Part shown: one piece after another, positions 48,100 to 62,100 of the stretch
Numbering within the stretch: the stretch's first letter is position 1
Layout: each line of letters opens with the position of its first letter
Source: Chara braunii
Lineage: Eukaryota; Plantae; Charophyceae
DNA: 64,000 nt
Direction of reading: 5' to 3'
Assembly: GCA_003427395.1 (NCBI GenBank)
Contig: BFEA01000001.1
Location: 5,330,203-5,394,202, forward strand
Notes under the pieces: model-generated
What the model was told of the DNA's origin: nothing
The model's input: the letters and a program-made list of their open reading frames with translations, nothing else
The model's database searches: none
Made by a program: the position numbers and the translations under genes

Positions 48100-48960
48100 G
48101 TAAAAATAAACCAATTGTCTCCACGTGGGGAACTCGCTAGGATCTGACAAGAACAAATGGTACCATGAATCTTCAACCCTACAATCAAGGCTATATATCA
48201 AGTGCCTTGTCGTACGGATGCGAACCCCCATCCGCAATTGTCTTTAATTTGGCCCATTTCTCGATTTATGTGTCATACTCGGCTTTGGACAATTGTTCAC
48301 AGGCGGGGAACCAGCTATCCGGTATCTACACTCGCTCTTGACCAAAATACGTATCGATTGCTTAGACCACGGGTGGACCTTCATACAAAAGTGACCAACC
48401 GATGGATGAAACATCTTAAGGTTGGAAAGGAAGCACTACGCCCGCCCAATAAAGTGGTTTGCAGGCACCAATAGTCACCCAGCAAACAGTGCATACCTCC
48501 AGTGGCAAATAGAGCACAGGTGCTTCCCGACAAATGATTGGCTGATCAACAGAACCAGCCTGGAACAGAAGGGGGCTCGCCCTCCCATGGTGCAAGCTTT
48601 GCACTCACAGCGTCCCACATAGCAAAATACCGGCAACAATAAAACATATGATGCTCCAGTGTCCGGTGTTCGTATGGTTATGGCACTGGTGGGACCACAT
48701 ATGGAGACAACTGGGCACAGGCAAACAATGGCCCCTGGGACTGGAGGGCCCTCCTCTACAATGCATGACACCCGTAACAGACAACACTATCGCCATGAAT
48801 ATGTTTGGGATGGCAAGACGTGCGACTCTCTGGGCCCTATGGAGACGCTGACGCACCTTTGAAATGGACGGGGTCAGGTTAGATGGCCCAGATTTCACGA
48901 AAATCATCAAACAAAAGATATAAATGGAGATTCAAACAAAATGGAACAAAAACCCAAGCA
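48100..48960 (+). mobile_element. Second L1-like ORF2 3' fragment of a related family
   Basis: LQWQIEHRCFPTNDW..LEQKG; CKLC..TIKHMMLQCP..LWHWW; LWALWRR. Confidence 0.75.
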
Positions 48961-50171
48961 AAAGTTCACCTTAAAACATACAAAAAAAAGACATTCTCAG
49001 TACAATCAAACACTTCTGCATTGGCTGGCTGGGGGGGGAACAGGGTGGCTGGATTGCGGAGGTGGTTTGGAAAGAGCAGGGCAAGATGAGGGCAATGGGG
49101 ACCTCACCCGGGACCATACTTGCAACCACACCCTGCACAGTACTGTCCGGTGCGCTGCACGGCGTGCGGCACGGCACCTGCTCGTGCGCCGTACCAGTGG
49201 CAGTTTCCTTTTTTTTGTTTCTTTTTGCTGTTTTTTATTGATTCAGAAGAGTGCAACACCTAAGGAACTGATCGTTTTCAAGTACAGTCGTACAGATTTT
49301 TCTTTCCGTCCAATTGGACATCAGAATAGCCTCAAAAATGTGTCTGGGACATCAGTCTTGGCCTTTAGGTAGTGGCATTACCCTCCCACTGTTTGTTTTT
49401 TTTTCCCCCCATCCCACAACAAATCTTTAAAGGGAACGCAGGTGCTCATTGACCCAGCCATGCGACCCCTGTTATTTTTTTGAGTGATATTTCCCCATGC
49501 GCCGTACCAGGGTCTGCTCGTGCGCCAAACGTGTGGAATTTTCTGCATGGCGTCCGCTTGGATGTATACCAGGGACCATCAGCTTAACCTTCATAAGTGG
49601 CCTCAGATCTACAACTCAATCCCCATGCCACCAGCATAGGATTTCCCCGACCCCTTCCCCCCCAACCTCACTCAATAGTGGAGTCTAGCTGGTATGGGGG
49701 CTAACAGGAAATGCTGTGCAGGAAGAGGCAGTGTTTTTTTTATCAGTCTGTCAGGCGACTAGCAGCAAGCTGAAGAGGCATCTTCCTCTCCTGGAATCAT
49801 GGGCTGGGCAGTCAATCCCCAGGCATCGATCAGACCAAGAACCGACCTCTCAGAGACAATACAAAAATAGCGCAGTGGAAGACTGAAATACCAAAATCTG
49901 ACTCAGCAGGGACAATGGCAGGCCCTGACAGCAATGATCATCACTCGGTGTTGGTGGACTTAGCACACCATACATCGAACGTGCGCTGAGTCCAGATATA
50001 TCCATGCAAGAATGGGGGAGAAGACACGGCGGGAAGAGGGAGATAGGGAGGATCAACCACCATAGCCCGATGACCCCAGTCTCCAATGTATCCCCAATGT
50101 TGCTGGTCATACAATGTCAAGCCGCAATGTCACTGAACTGGGCGAAGCACGAAAAGTCACCGAGTCCCAAT

Positions 50172-50245
<74 letters not shown>

Positions 50246-53118
50246 TCTCTCTCTCGCTCTCTCTCCCCTCAACAGCAGCAGAAGAAGAAGCTCCGGAGGG
50301 AAAGAGGAGCGATGGAGAAGAAGAAGAAGAAGAACTCTCTCTCTCTCTGTGCATGTATGCCAGGTACTAACCTGCAGAAAGGTGTCGCCTTCATGCAGGT
50401 GCGGACGTGCTGAAGACGAAGCTAGCGCTATGGCATCGCAGGTAAGTCGACAGGTAAGTCCCCTGGCCTCCGCCAACCTCTACCCCACTGGTGTCTTAAA
50501 CCTCTATCAGTGCCCAGCGCTCTGCTCGAATACCTACAGTGCCCAGAGCTCTGCTCGAATGCCTACAGCACCCAGCACGTCGACTACTGAAGACTACCTC
50601 AATGCTACCTACCTAGCTACTGGGCGCACCAGCTAAACATAGTGCTGGTCGGCTGGGAGGCCGACTGAATGCTCTCAGCCTCTCGATCCAGGCCGTCCAA
50701 TCCACTAGTCGATCGGCGGTCCTAAGGGCTGGCACGTTATGTGCTGCCCAAACTGCCCACCCTCTGAATTCAAATCTGACCCCTAAACATCTTGGCGCCT
50801 AAATGCTGGTACCAGCCTACTGACCTGTGGGCCTAAACCGTGCTACGTTTGGCCAGTAACAGGCCTAACCCCGCCTTTTAACCTTACGGGCCCTAAAATG
50901 GGCCAAAACAACACTGGGCCCTCAGACTCTAGCCCGTCCTGCTAGCTGGTAGCCTACCAGCCGGGCCCTACTTGGAACTGAGAATGCCACACAACAGGGC
51001 AACCAATGCTGCCCAAGCTCCTCCTTTATCGCTCTATGTTTCTCCTCAGCTTGCAACTTATGTTCCCGGGATGCTGAACCCGTTTTTCAGCAGGCGCAGC
51101 TCACCGAGGGGTCTGTAAATTGGTGAGACGGGCAGCCCCTGAGTGATGGACCATAGTGGACAGACTAGAAATTTTAGATGACTTATCTCTTGCTTTCATG
51201 TAGGCAAAATCAACTTAGGGGACTGTGAACATGCTAGTTTTCTTGCTCTGTAGGTGGGCCCCGCAGCTAAAGCCCATTACAATCACGTATCTGTTCAAAC
51301 AAACAATTCCACTGTTTGAGGATGCTGGACCTGCTTTCCAGCAGGTGCTGCTCCCCACCAATAGTTGGAGCCTCCCAGGAAGTGCTAGTGTTGTCTGCTC
51401 TTATCGACACCACCAGCAAAACCACGGTTTGTTCCCAAGAAAAAAAAACAAAAAAATTTGCACAAGGGCCATGCTAGTCGTCTCTGTATCATTCCAGTTT
51501 TAAATGATGCCCGAAGGACAGAACATCTAGAATTTCAGCACCATGAAATCAGAAGAAAAAATGAGCTATATGGACGACCGAACGTGGTGGACAACAAGCC
51601 AAGAGATGAACTGATAGGAAGAATCAAGAACAGCCTGCACAAGTTAAGGATTGTGAAGCTCAAAGGGGGATGAGGGGATTAGATGGATCAGATGGGTGAA
51701 CATGGTGCCTAATAAGAGGATGCCGGATGACCCAGCGGGAAGCTAGCTACCTTGTAGCCTTGATACTCGAACAACAGAATATTGAAAGAAGTCTCCACCC
51801 ATTGGTACGTTTTCTGACTCCATTCCAATTGGCATGAGCATAACAAATTTGTCGTGAAAGAGACGAGAGCCGCCGTGTGTGGGGTTTCAGGGTACGCCGT
51901 TCTGCACATCCCTGACACACAGCGAGCGCTTTACGAGCAAGTGGAGCGAGCAAATCTCCAAAATCCCAGGATAGGTCTGCGTTGAGATCAAAAACATTAT
52001 CCCGTAAGCGGGGTAGGCATCCACAAAGAAGAGGAAGCAGATGTTGGGGAGCTCACCCAGGGACCTTTTGCAAAATAGCGCAGCAAAGAATATATTCGCA
52101 TCCAAACGAATGGAGGATAGCAAAACAGAAATAAGATTTATCACGGGATGAGATACGAAAGAGAGAGGAGTGGAGGATATTTGTCAGAAACATTTTGCCA
52201 ACCTCTTGAAAATGTAATCAGAAAAAAGGAAGGGGGGAGAGAGAGAGAGAGAGAGGGCTTGGATGGACTGGATCTAGTGGCCTCTATGTGCTGAGTCGGA
52301 AAAAGAGAGAAAAAGCTGAAGAAAGGAGAGAATGCACAGCGACGTCACAAATGGACATAGCAGTTCTGGGATTCTTTCATATTGAGACAAACTAACAAAG
52401 AGATGTCGGAGTAAAAGATTCTCACTAATAATTTTTCTGCTCAAGGAAATGATGTGAGATCAGTCAGCTTTTTGGCTCTCCTTGTCCTCATTCCTTCCCA
52501 GAAGGAACACGACTTTCATTAACCAGGCGTACAGGAATGTCATCTCTCTATTACTAAAATAATACACAGGGAACAATTGATGAGGCCTTCTGAGGGATAC
52601 TGGTATCATACTACATGGCAAAAATCATTAGACATTTTGAGCATACTTGCACTAGGGCTTTTTCTCCTGAGCTCTCGACATAATCACAGTCAGACGTGTC
52701 TGGGACCGGCCGTAATTGCGGTCAAATAGATACAGGAAAGTGCTAGTGCGAGTATGCCCTAAGAATCTGATCTTTCACCTTTGACATACGTCAGGTGCAC
52801 AAGGCTACACAACAATCCCAACCAGACTAACGTGGAACTGAACTGGGAAACGGAGCGGAAAAGGAACGTAAATCAGATCAATAACGACAGATTCTGCACC
52901 AAAACAATTTTCAGTGACATCCTCCAGCAGGAGATGGTCCACTTCGAGTGAATTGCTTCTCTCTGTTTTCTTTATAATATGAGAGCGTCACCGTGAATTT
53001 CCCTACGACAGACAGACGGTGATAAGAGCCCCCGCCTGTCGTAGGGGCAGAGGTGTGTGAATTGCTTGTATTCGCTTGGTGATATACCCCTTCTCTAGAG
53101 GTTAGTAAAAGTGACTGA

Positions 53119-53242
53119 GGGCATGCATACTCACACAAGCACTTTTTTACATATTTCCGCATGGAATTGTGGCCAGATGCATAAAGGTCCATCCATAAAT
53201 GCGGCCAGGTACATTTAAGATAGTGGTAGTGTGAGTATGCCC
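53119..53242. mobile_element. PIF/Harbinger-like MITE; relatives at 52639-52759 and about 56722-56841
   Basis: TIR GCATACTCACAC/GTGTGAGTATGCCC flanked by TGA/TAA. Confidence 0.7.
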
Positions 53243-53759
53243 TAAGACAACTTTTCTAGGGCTGATCTTCAAAAGAGTGGACTTAAGTTTGAATAGATTC
53301 AGCGAACATTTGGAAGAGGCTGACCTTTAGAAAAGAGGATACAGAATGTGTTTCAGTAGCCCTTCTTAGAAGACGCTAACAAAATGCTTTTCGAAGGGGC
53401 TAACATTTAGGACATTGGCTTAAGGTAAGCCAAATTTAGACAATTTCTAATGGCTTATTTATTCTAGAACTACGTGGGCTTAAGACCTGAGGGATGAAAA
53501 TGGGTGACTGCCAAACACATATTTCACTACCATAAGGGACTCTGCGAGCATTTGAGCCCTCGGCAGTGCTGGTAAACGCCTTGAACACCCTAAGTGAAGG
53601 CGGGGCTGCAAATGTGCGCCAGGGCCTGGGTATAGGCCCGTGTGATCATGATAAATGGCTGCTGGAATCTATATGCGGGCCTGGATCTTCGCTGCGGCCC
53701 TTCTAGAGCTCACCCACATCTCGGTTGACACCCTGTACAGACTTGTGCCCGCTCTAATT

Positions 53760-55210
53760 GAAGGCGGGCCGGAATATTCACGAGAGGCCTGCTTTTTGTC
53801 AATTCTGCATGTGAGGTATCCGACAGTTGCAGCACGCCAGTTGGTTACAGGGTAACATGAGCCTTTTCCTGGCTTCTTCCGGGAGCAGCAGCTCGAGAGG
53901 CAGTTGATCCCAGGGCACACAGAGTTGAGGCCCTGGGTGTGAGCCACCAGAGGCCAACACATCACAGCATGTCCGAGGGCCAATGAGAATGCAGCATCTT
54001 CGTCACACACTGGCCAGCAGCCAATGAGATCACAGCGAACACTTCTAGCCTTGTGGGCTACCTGGNNNNNNNNNNNNNNNNNNNNNNNNNNNNNNNNNNN
54101 NNNNNNNNNNNNNNNNNNNNNNNNNNNNNNNNNNNNNNNNNNNNNNNNNNNNNNNNNNNNNNNNNNNNNNNNNNNNNNNNNNNNNNNNNNNNNNNNNNNN
54201 NNNNNNNNNNNNNNNNNNNNNNNNNNNNNNNNNNNNNNNNNNNNNNNNNNNNNNNNNNNNNNNNNNNNNNNNNNNNNNNNNNNNNNNNNNNNNNNNNNNN
54301 NNNNNNNNNNNNNNNNNNNNNNNNNNNNNNNNNNNNNNNNNNNNNNNNNNNNNNNNNNNNNNNNNNNNNNNNNNNNNNNNNNNNNNNNNNNNNNNNNNNN
54401 NNNNNNNNNNNNNNNNNNNNNNNNNNNNNNNNNNNNNNNNNNNNNNNNNNNNNNNNNNNNNNNNNNNNNNNNNNNNNNNNNNNNNCCAGCAGCCAATGAG
54501 ATCACAGCGAACACTTCCAGCCTTGTGGGCTACCTGGGCGTGCCCAACTGTGAAGCGCCCAGGCCCGTAACAGCAACTGGGGGGCTGAGCGCAGACACTG
54601 GTGCCCCACCGGAAGCTACTGGAAACTCGTCCAGCCAGGCTCAGAGCTCACTTTCCATAAAGGAAAGTGCGGACAGCAGCCAGAGCTCATTTTGGTCGTC
54701 TGCTTGCTGGTGGCAGCGCTGCTGGTTTGAGCAATGGAGGCCGCTGGTAGGCCAAGGGCTGGAAGCCGTGCACACGGGCGAATTGTGGTGTTGGGCGCTG
54801 CTGAAGCAGCAGGCGCTCAGCAGACATAGCCGGGCTTGCTCAGCGGAGGCTGGTGATGATGATGGTGGTCCTCGGGTGTCAGGGATGCACAGTCTGGGGA
54901 GTCAAAGAGACATGTACCCGGTGTATGCTGTCAGTCTGCAATGGCGACGTCGTCACACACATTGGTCTTCAAGCATCGAAGTGATTCCTTTGCATGAATG
55001 TAGTGTAAGCTAGTCCAAGTGCTGAGTAGATAGGCTGGGCATTGAGCGACAATCGAGAAGAGCGGCACTGAATACTATGTTGGTGTGGCAAGATAGTGTC
55101 GACTTTGACATTTGAGTTCACTGTATTGCTCTTATATAACTCGGTGCATTGTGCTTTCTGCTTGGTACGCAACTATCTGGGTTGAAGCGTGATTTTGCAA
55201 TTCTGAATTC
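53760..55210 (+). repeat. Dispersed repeat; diverged second copy at about 59740-60660
   Basis: Shared blocks GTTGCAGCACGCCAGTTGGTTACAG, TTTCCATAAAGGAAAGTG, TGTATTGCTCTTAT..GTGATTTTGCAA. Confidence 0.75.
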
Positions 55211-55749
55211 TGTCTATCGCTCTCGCTCATGTTCCTTGCAACTCCCTTCAACCACACGCACAGTCAATCCTCTTTTTCTGCAGAGGCGTATTCGCCCTGC
55301 ATGCCAAGCATTGCTGAAACATCAATGAGTTTTTTGTTTTTGTGTTTTTATTGGGGAGGGCGCCGCCGGCCATTTTGGTCCGGTAGCACTGTCCATCTGA
55401 AACTTTTAGAACGTATCACAAATCCACAAAGATGGCTCCAGAACCCAGGTTGTTTGTTGAGGTTTGAGCTGATGATCTCTCACTAGTTGAGTTACATGTA
55501 CTAACCATGCTCATCAGATGAGTTGTTTATCAAAAAAGTAAGGGAACAAAAGAAAAACTCTGCCAGAGCAAAACATCCTGCGAGGATTTGAGCTGATTAT
55601 CTCTCTACTGATAGAGTTACATATACTTACCATTCAGCGGCATCGTCTGGGTAAAACTCTTTAAAGATTTCTAAACGGCTCCACGGCAACCTCTGCTCTT
55701 CTGCCTTGCATTGGTTCCATTCCACCTAATAGGTCTGACAGGTTTGAGG

Positions 55750-55983
55750 CATACTTGTGCCGCATCGATGTGCGCTGCACCGCGCACACGCGCCACACTG
55801 CGCACAGCGCACGGGGTGTGGCGCACCCCGAAAATAAGGGGTTGAGAAAGAAAAAAAAAGTTGGGGAGGGGTGTTTTAGACCCGAGTGGGATGTCGCATC
55901 ATAAACCACAAAAAATTATTAACAAAAATTTGAGGCCGCGCGCGAAATCCGAAAAAAAAAAGGGGGGAAGTTCGTTTTTTCGC

Positions 55984-56014
<31 letters not shown>

Positions 56015-56017
56015 GTT

Positions 56018-56073
<56 letters not shown>

Positions 56074-56479
56074 NNNNNNNNNNNNNNNNNNNNNNNNNNN
56101 NNNNNNNNNNNNNNNNNNNNNNNNNNNNNNNNNNNNNNNNNNNNNNNNNNNNNNNNNNNNNNNNNNNNNNNNNNNNNNNNNNNNNNNNNNNNNNNNNNNN
56201 NNNNNNNNNNNNNNNNNNNNNNNNNNNNNNNNNNNNNNNNNNNNNNNNNNNNNNNNNNNNNNNNNNNNNNNNNNNNNNNNNNNNNNNNNNNNNNNNNNNN
56301 NNNNNNNNNNNNNNNNNNNNNNNNNNNNNNNNNNNNNNNNNNNNNNNNNNNNNNNNNNNNNNNNNNNNNNNNNNNNNNNNNNNGAAGAGGGAGAGAGAAG
56401 TAGCGATGGTGGATGGCGGAAGGCGGGAGAAAGGCCGAAGGTGGGATGGTGGGAAGCGGCGGAAGAAGTCGGGAGGGGG

Positions 56480-56510
<31 letters not shown>

Positions 56511-56715
56511 CAAAATCAAATGAATCTACAGCTAGAACATGGAAATATACATTGCGCACATGCGCGCAGCACACCAGACGTGCGCAGCGCACCACGCAGC
56601 GTGCACTGCGCACCCAGATGCGCGGCGCACGCCAGTGCACGCGCACCCTGGGTCCGCGCACAGCGCACTGCGCAGCGCACCGCGCAGCGCACAGTGCCGG
56701 TGCGCTGCAAGTATG
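55750..56715. mobile_element. hAT-type MITE
   Basis: TIR CATACTTG/CAAGTATG; perfect 8-bp TSD GTTTGAGG; GCGCAC subterminal arrays; GT microsatellite core. Confidence 0.88.
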
Positions 56716-59027
56716 GTTTGAGGGCATACTCACACAAGACTTTTTCGACCCACCTCTGGTCGTGCTTCCAGTCAGATTCATCCACGGCCATGATTGCAGT
56801 CAGATATAAATAGAAAAGTGCTACCAATAGTGTGAGTATGCAGCATTATGCACTGAGTGATCTCACTGGGCCTAGCTGCAAATACTCTTCTTCTCCCTTC
56901 CTTTTCTTTTCTTAAAGAGCCACAGCCATCCTATATCATAATTCCAATAATTGTTCCCAGGTGATTGAGAGGTACCGTCTTCACCCAAATAAAACGCCCG
57001 GTCATTTTATCTGTATTTGGTGCAACTTTCAGTCGAGATACGGCAATAATTAACGAGCGTTCTATTTGGGTGAAGACGGTAGGTAGTTTACTTCTCTGAC
57101 TCATCAGGATTCGAACTCGGGTCTACGGCCTTCACATATCATAAGCAAGATAACTGACCCTAGAAGTTTCAGCGTTATTCTACAAGTCTGATTCCATCAT
57201 GATTCGAACACAGGTCTGCCGCATGGGCTGGGTATTTTTCGTTCTTTTCAACAGTTGACGGGGGTACCTCTTTTTTTTGTTTTTTCTAAACCAGTGCTCC
57301 ATCTATTGGTGGGGAGAGTCACCTGCTGGAAACCGGGCCACATGCGCTGGGTATTCTTCGTTCTATTTCTCCTCCCTAACACCCCCTTCTCTTCCAGTTT
57401 CAATTTCATTTAAGATCAGATTCTTTCTACGTGCAAAACTGCAATGCCAGGTCATCCTACACAATTCCATAGTAGGCTAAACCATGTCAGAGAGACTATC
57501 ATGTCACCCCACGTGGAACACCAGAGTTTGCGTAATCCAAGCAAAACCAAATTACTCATACCAGCAAAAAGGCAAGACAAAATGTTTATCTATCCACGTG
57601 TACAAATACGTATACACATGTTATGTCCCATGTCGATGCCAAAAATGTCCAGCTGGAACCGTCCATACTACAGCGAATCAAGACAAATCTTTTGCAAGAT
57701 AAGGTTGGCAAGCATGAACAAAGGACATGGTACATGGTACACGTCATCTGCAAGCTGTGGCACTCTGGCATGGTCCTACATCCCATGATCCACCGATACC
57801 TTTGCAGACTAGGAGACGATGTGGCATGCTGTGATGGGGAGCAGGGCAACCACCTTGCCAAAAAGCCATCCTGTCAGCCCACACCAAGGCTATCATCATT
57901 GAATGAATCTAACCTCAGTTAGAGGCACATTCACGTGGTGTCTTAACCTGTGGCTTAGAATAGGCACAGACGTGGCTACAAAAACAGAAAAGGTTAAGGG
58001 GGGGAAAGAGGAAATGCTCGAGAAAGCAAAACCAGTCAAAGCGCAGATGACTGTGTTTTCCTTTTTTCCAACTCGCCGAGGATGCATAAGCACTACCAAA
58101 TGCAGTGTAGTCCCTGAGGAGGCATCATAGAATTTCCAAACAGGCCTTAAACCACCAGTACATCGCCCAGGTACAAAGTCTAAACGCGGTCGTTAACTCG
58201 CCACGTGCAGTTCGTCCAAAGGAAAACCGGCCGTACGCATTTATGTGCTACAGTCACACCAAAAAAAAAAAGGACTATGCTGAACAGACGGCCGTTGGGG
58301 AAAAACGTGGTGCAACAGGCCGTGCTCTGCCTACGCCTTTCTGTAACGGACTTAACTGTAATCTAGGATAGATTCAGTATGTTCTTTTTTTATCTTTGTT
58401 CTATCTTTTCCTTCTTTTTCAGATTCTCCTGCCAGTCTCGCAGGTCGTTTTTCCGTGATACACCATAACGCCGTCATAGAGGCATACGTACACTGGCACT
58501 TACCAGCCATGTATCGAACTGATTTCATCGCCGAAGTGTTTTTTTTTAATCTTCCACATTCTGACGGCGCGGGGGCGTTTCTTTTTTTTTTTTTTTTTTG
58601 TCTTCTTGTGCTGAGAGATCGTACAACAATGTAGCCAGGCTTGGAGGCACTCACAGAGGGCATGCTCATACTAGCACTTCCGAGAATGAACCCAACTGCG
58701 TTCACGTCAATCGTGCATGTTTTTTCTTTTTCTTTTTCTTTTTCCGCTTCTGGTTCCCCCAGCCTCGGCCCGTCCTGCTACTGGTACTGCCATGCTCGGC
58801 AGGCTCGGCATACCGGTCGCCTGAGCGTCGGACTGCGTAGCTGGGCGAGGTACTGGCAGTTTAAGTAATGCAGAAAGCACTGGGTGGCCTGGCCCACGTG
58901 GCAGATTGGTACAGACATGTGCGTGATGATGAAAAGATTTTGACCTCGAATCCGGACTTCTGATGGAATGTTTTTTTTTTCCATTTTCCTTTTTTTTCCA
59001 AAAGAAAATAAAGAGGAACTCAGACAT

Positions 59028-59150
59028 GTCCTTCGGAACATCCGTTAAAATTGGAACGATACAGACAAAATTAGTTAGTGTGTGCCCTGCGCATAGATGA
59101 CACACATGAATTGAGAAATGGCCCAAAAAAACAAAAAAAAACAAAAAAAA
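59028..59150 (+). pseudogene. U6: Retroposed U6 snRNA pseudogene with A-rich tail
   Basis: GTCCTTCGGAACATCCGTTAAAATTGGAACGATACAGACAAAATTAG...CCCTGCGCATAGATGACACACATGAATTGAGAAATGGCCCAAA aligns full-length to plant U6; ACAGAGA box and AGC triad mutated; A tail replaces the T terminator. Confidence 0.9.
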
Positions 59151-62100
59151 TAAATCAGATGTTTATCACCAGTACTTTTCAGGGGCAAACTTCTGAGATG
59201 CAGGGGTGCGCGCACTGCATCCTTCGGTATGTACTATATATCCTGCCCCGTTGTGCAAATACATCCAGGCAAAAGACCGTCAGGAGCACAACCCCGTTTC
59301 GCCTGGGTGGACAACTGTCAGGCCCGCGCATCCCAAGGGGCGCGGCGCATCGCATGCCGCGTCGAAAACATTTGGCTTGGAAAAGCGCTGGGGGTTTAAC
59401 AGTAGTGGCAAGGTACGAAACAACCTATGCACCACCACCATAACCTCCCTTTCGACCTTCCCCGAGCATCAAGAGATTCCATTCCATACACGGGGGTGGG
59501 GAGGGGGAGGGGGACAGGAAACAAAACAAAACAAGTCCTTTGGATTCAGATGCAGCCTTGGGTGTGTTCTGCACTGCCAGTCAGCCATCCAGCCCATACA
59601 GGCGTTGGTATAAATGCTCAGGCCTTTCAGACACTTCAGACTTTTCAAAAAGACTGAAAACTACGAGGAATGAGCCCTCGCGAGGCCCTTATCAGACATA
59701 CAAGTGTTCTGGGCTGCGGCCATTAGCAAGCCCATGCCCTGAAGGCAGGCCTGAATATCAACGTGAGGCCTGTTTTCGACATTTTTCCATATGTGGGTAC
59801 TCCGACGGTTGCAGCACGCCAGTTGGTTACAGAGCAACATGAGCCTCCAGGCTCTTTCCAGAAGCAAAGGGCTGCGCTGTACAGTTGAGCCCAGGGCTCA
59901 GGTGGTTGCGCCCTGGGCATACGCTGTGTGAGGCCGACACATCACAGACTAGACACGGGCAAATGAGGAAGCAGCATTGTAGTCACACATGAGCCACAAG
60001 CCAATGAGAATGCTGCAAACACTTGGAGGCTAGGTGGCTGCCAGGACGTGCCTAACTGCGAGAGGCCCAGGCCAGTATCGTAAAGTGGGCCTGGGTGCGG
60101 ACACTTAGGGTACTGGGCCCCCCCACACCTGGCCAGGCCAGCAAGCAGCGGGCACGCTTTCCATAAAGGAAAGTGTGTGACCCAGTGCGAGGGCATCCTG
60201 GCCTGAGCAGGCAATGCGGCCACGCTGCTGCTTTGTCGTGCGACACTGCGCTATGCAGGCAGGCTGTGGCGCTAAGAGGTGAGAGGTAGGCTGCGGTGGC
60301 AGCGGCCGCACGGCGGCCATAGCCTGGCTGAGTGTGCGGGTAAGCAGGTGATGACGAGTGTGGTCTTTGGGCAGTAGGCGCATGCAGAGGCGAGACGGGT
60401 ATGATGAGGGGAGGAGAGAAGATGTACCAGTTGCATGAACGTAGATAGGATAGATAGGCTGAGTAGTGTGGGCTGGGCGCTGGGCACCAGACAGTAGGAG
60501 CGACATTGGGTACAGTGCTGGTGTAACCATAGAGCATCGGTATTGCCACTCGAGTTCATTGTATTGCTCTTATTTGGATGGTTTCTTGGTGCATTGTGCT
60601 CTCTGCTTGGTACATGACTATCTGGACTACTTCGTGATTTTGCAACTTGGATATCTGTCTATCTCCGTCAGTCATATTCCTTGCAAAAAGAAAGAAAGCT
60701 GGGAAAAACAACACACCATTGCCCCACCTAACGAATCCCCGTTTGCGCTCAGTTCTTGCAACGGAGGGCCTGAACGAAACAAGCTCAAGAGCCTGTACAG
60801 ACCCCCTCCTTCACACAGACTTTTTCCGCTCTCCATGTGGCATATGCACTCACTCCGGGTGTCACTCAGCATTTACAGTTGGTACTTGAAGCAACCACCA
60901 AAATTTCTCCGTTCTTCCTACAGATAACAGTCAACGAACGTTCCAGGTGGTGGAGCAGTTCCACTGCAAGATTGCTTTTGCATCAGAGGACAGTTGCGGC
61001 CACCTATTCTTCCGCCAGCTGCCATCACCCCCGGAATTGAACGCGCCGTCATTATCGCTGCATCTGCACTAGAAGTTGTCGAAAATAAAGACAGCTATAA
61101 TGGCCACACACTTTTTCCAGGGGGAGATGATAGTAATATGACTAAGAATCTTACAGAGGTGTTTGGAGGGCTTTGCCACACTAAGGGATGACCGTGCTGG
61201 AATTGACTGAGTTACTGAGTATTGCTATCCATTACAACGCTTATGATGCTATCGGCAGATTTAACAAGATAGCTGAAAGGCCAGTCTAGTGTGAGGGGGA
61301 CACCTTCCATCCCAGACTGCCACAAACATCCAAAGTGGACTTCTCAAGCGACCAATCAGGACGGGATTCAGCAATATGCGAGGCGCTGTGAATCAAACCG
61401 CCAGTATGCCGCCCAGGCAGACTTGAGAATCGAAATCGAGCCAATCCAAAAACTTCAGAGGCTCGGGGCCACCGGTCCAAAAAGGCTGGCCCTGCCAGCC
61501 AAAGGAAAAAAGAAACGCCATGCAGGCATCTCGGCAAAGCTTGACCTCCTGCAAAAAAGCAGCGTGGACATACTGGTGGTTTAAGCAATCGTTGTTACCG
61601 ATGACGGCTAAGGCCAGTGGCGATATAAAGTGTGCCACAAGCAGCCTAAGGGGGCCATTGATATTCTTGTTCTCGTTCTCCCAGTAACAGGCCCCTTCTT
61701 CCAAAGCCTGCAGTTGTGTACGCCAAGGTCCTGCTTTTTGACATACTGTCCTGTCTGCAGCTGGTTTGATTGTACTCGATGTGACAATTTTCTTCAGGAG
61801 AAAATCACCTGTCAGGTGCTGGTCGTTTACCCAATACCAACACGGTCAGCCGACAGGGTGCAAAGGGGCCATTTAAATTGATATTCTTGTTCTTATTCTA
61901 TTTATTAAGCCGCCAGTAATTTCCCAGCCATTTTGTTCCGAAACAGCTGTAATCGTGCCCCGACCTTCGGGGTTCGAGCTACCAAACCAAAATGGCTGGC
62001 TGAACCAGGGAAAAAAAAAGGCCCGCACTGGTTCATTTTTTTATCGGTGTGCAAGGAACCTAAATGCCTGGTTAACCAGACCACACAGCGGATGCAGGCT

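Noticed and set aside
50098-50996. Solo LTR with TGTTG...CAACA ends
   Set aside because: No TSD and no second copy in the window
57095-57125. CTGATGA on the minus strand as another hammerhead
   Set aside because: It is the tail of a tRNA B-box SINE head; no stem II/GAAA arrangement
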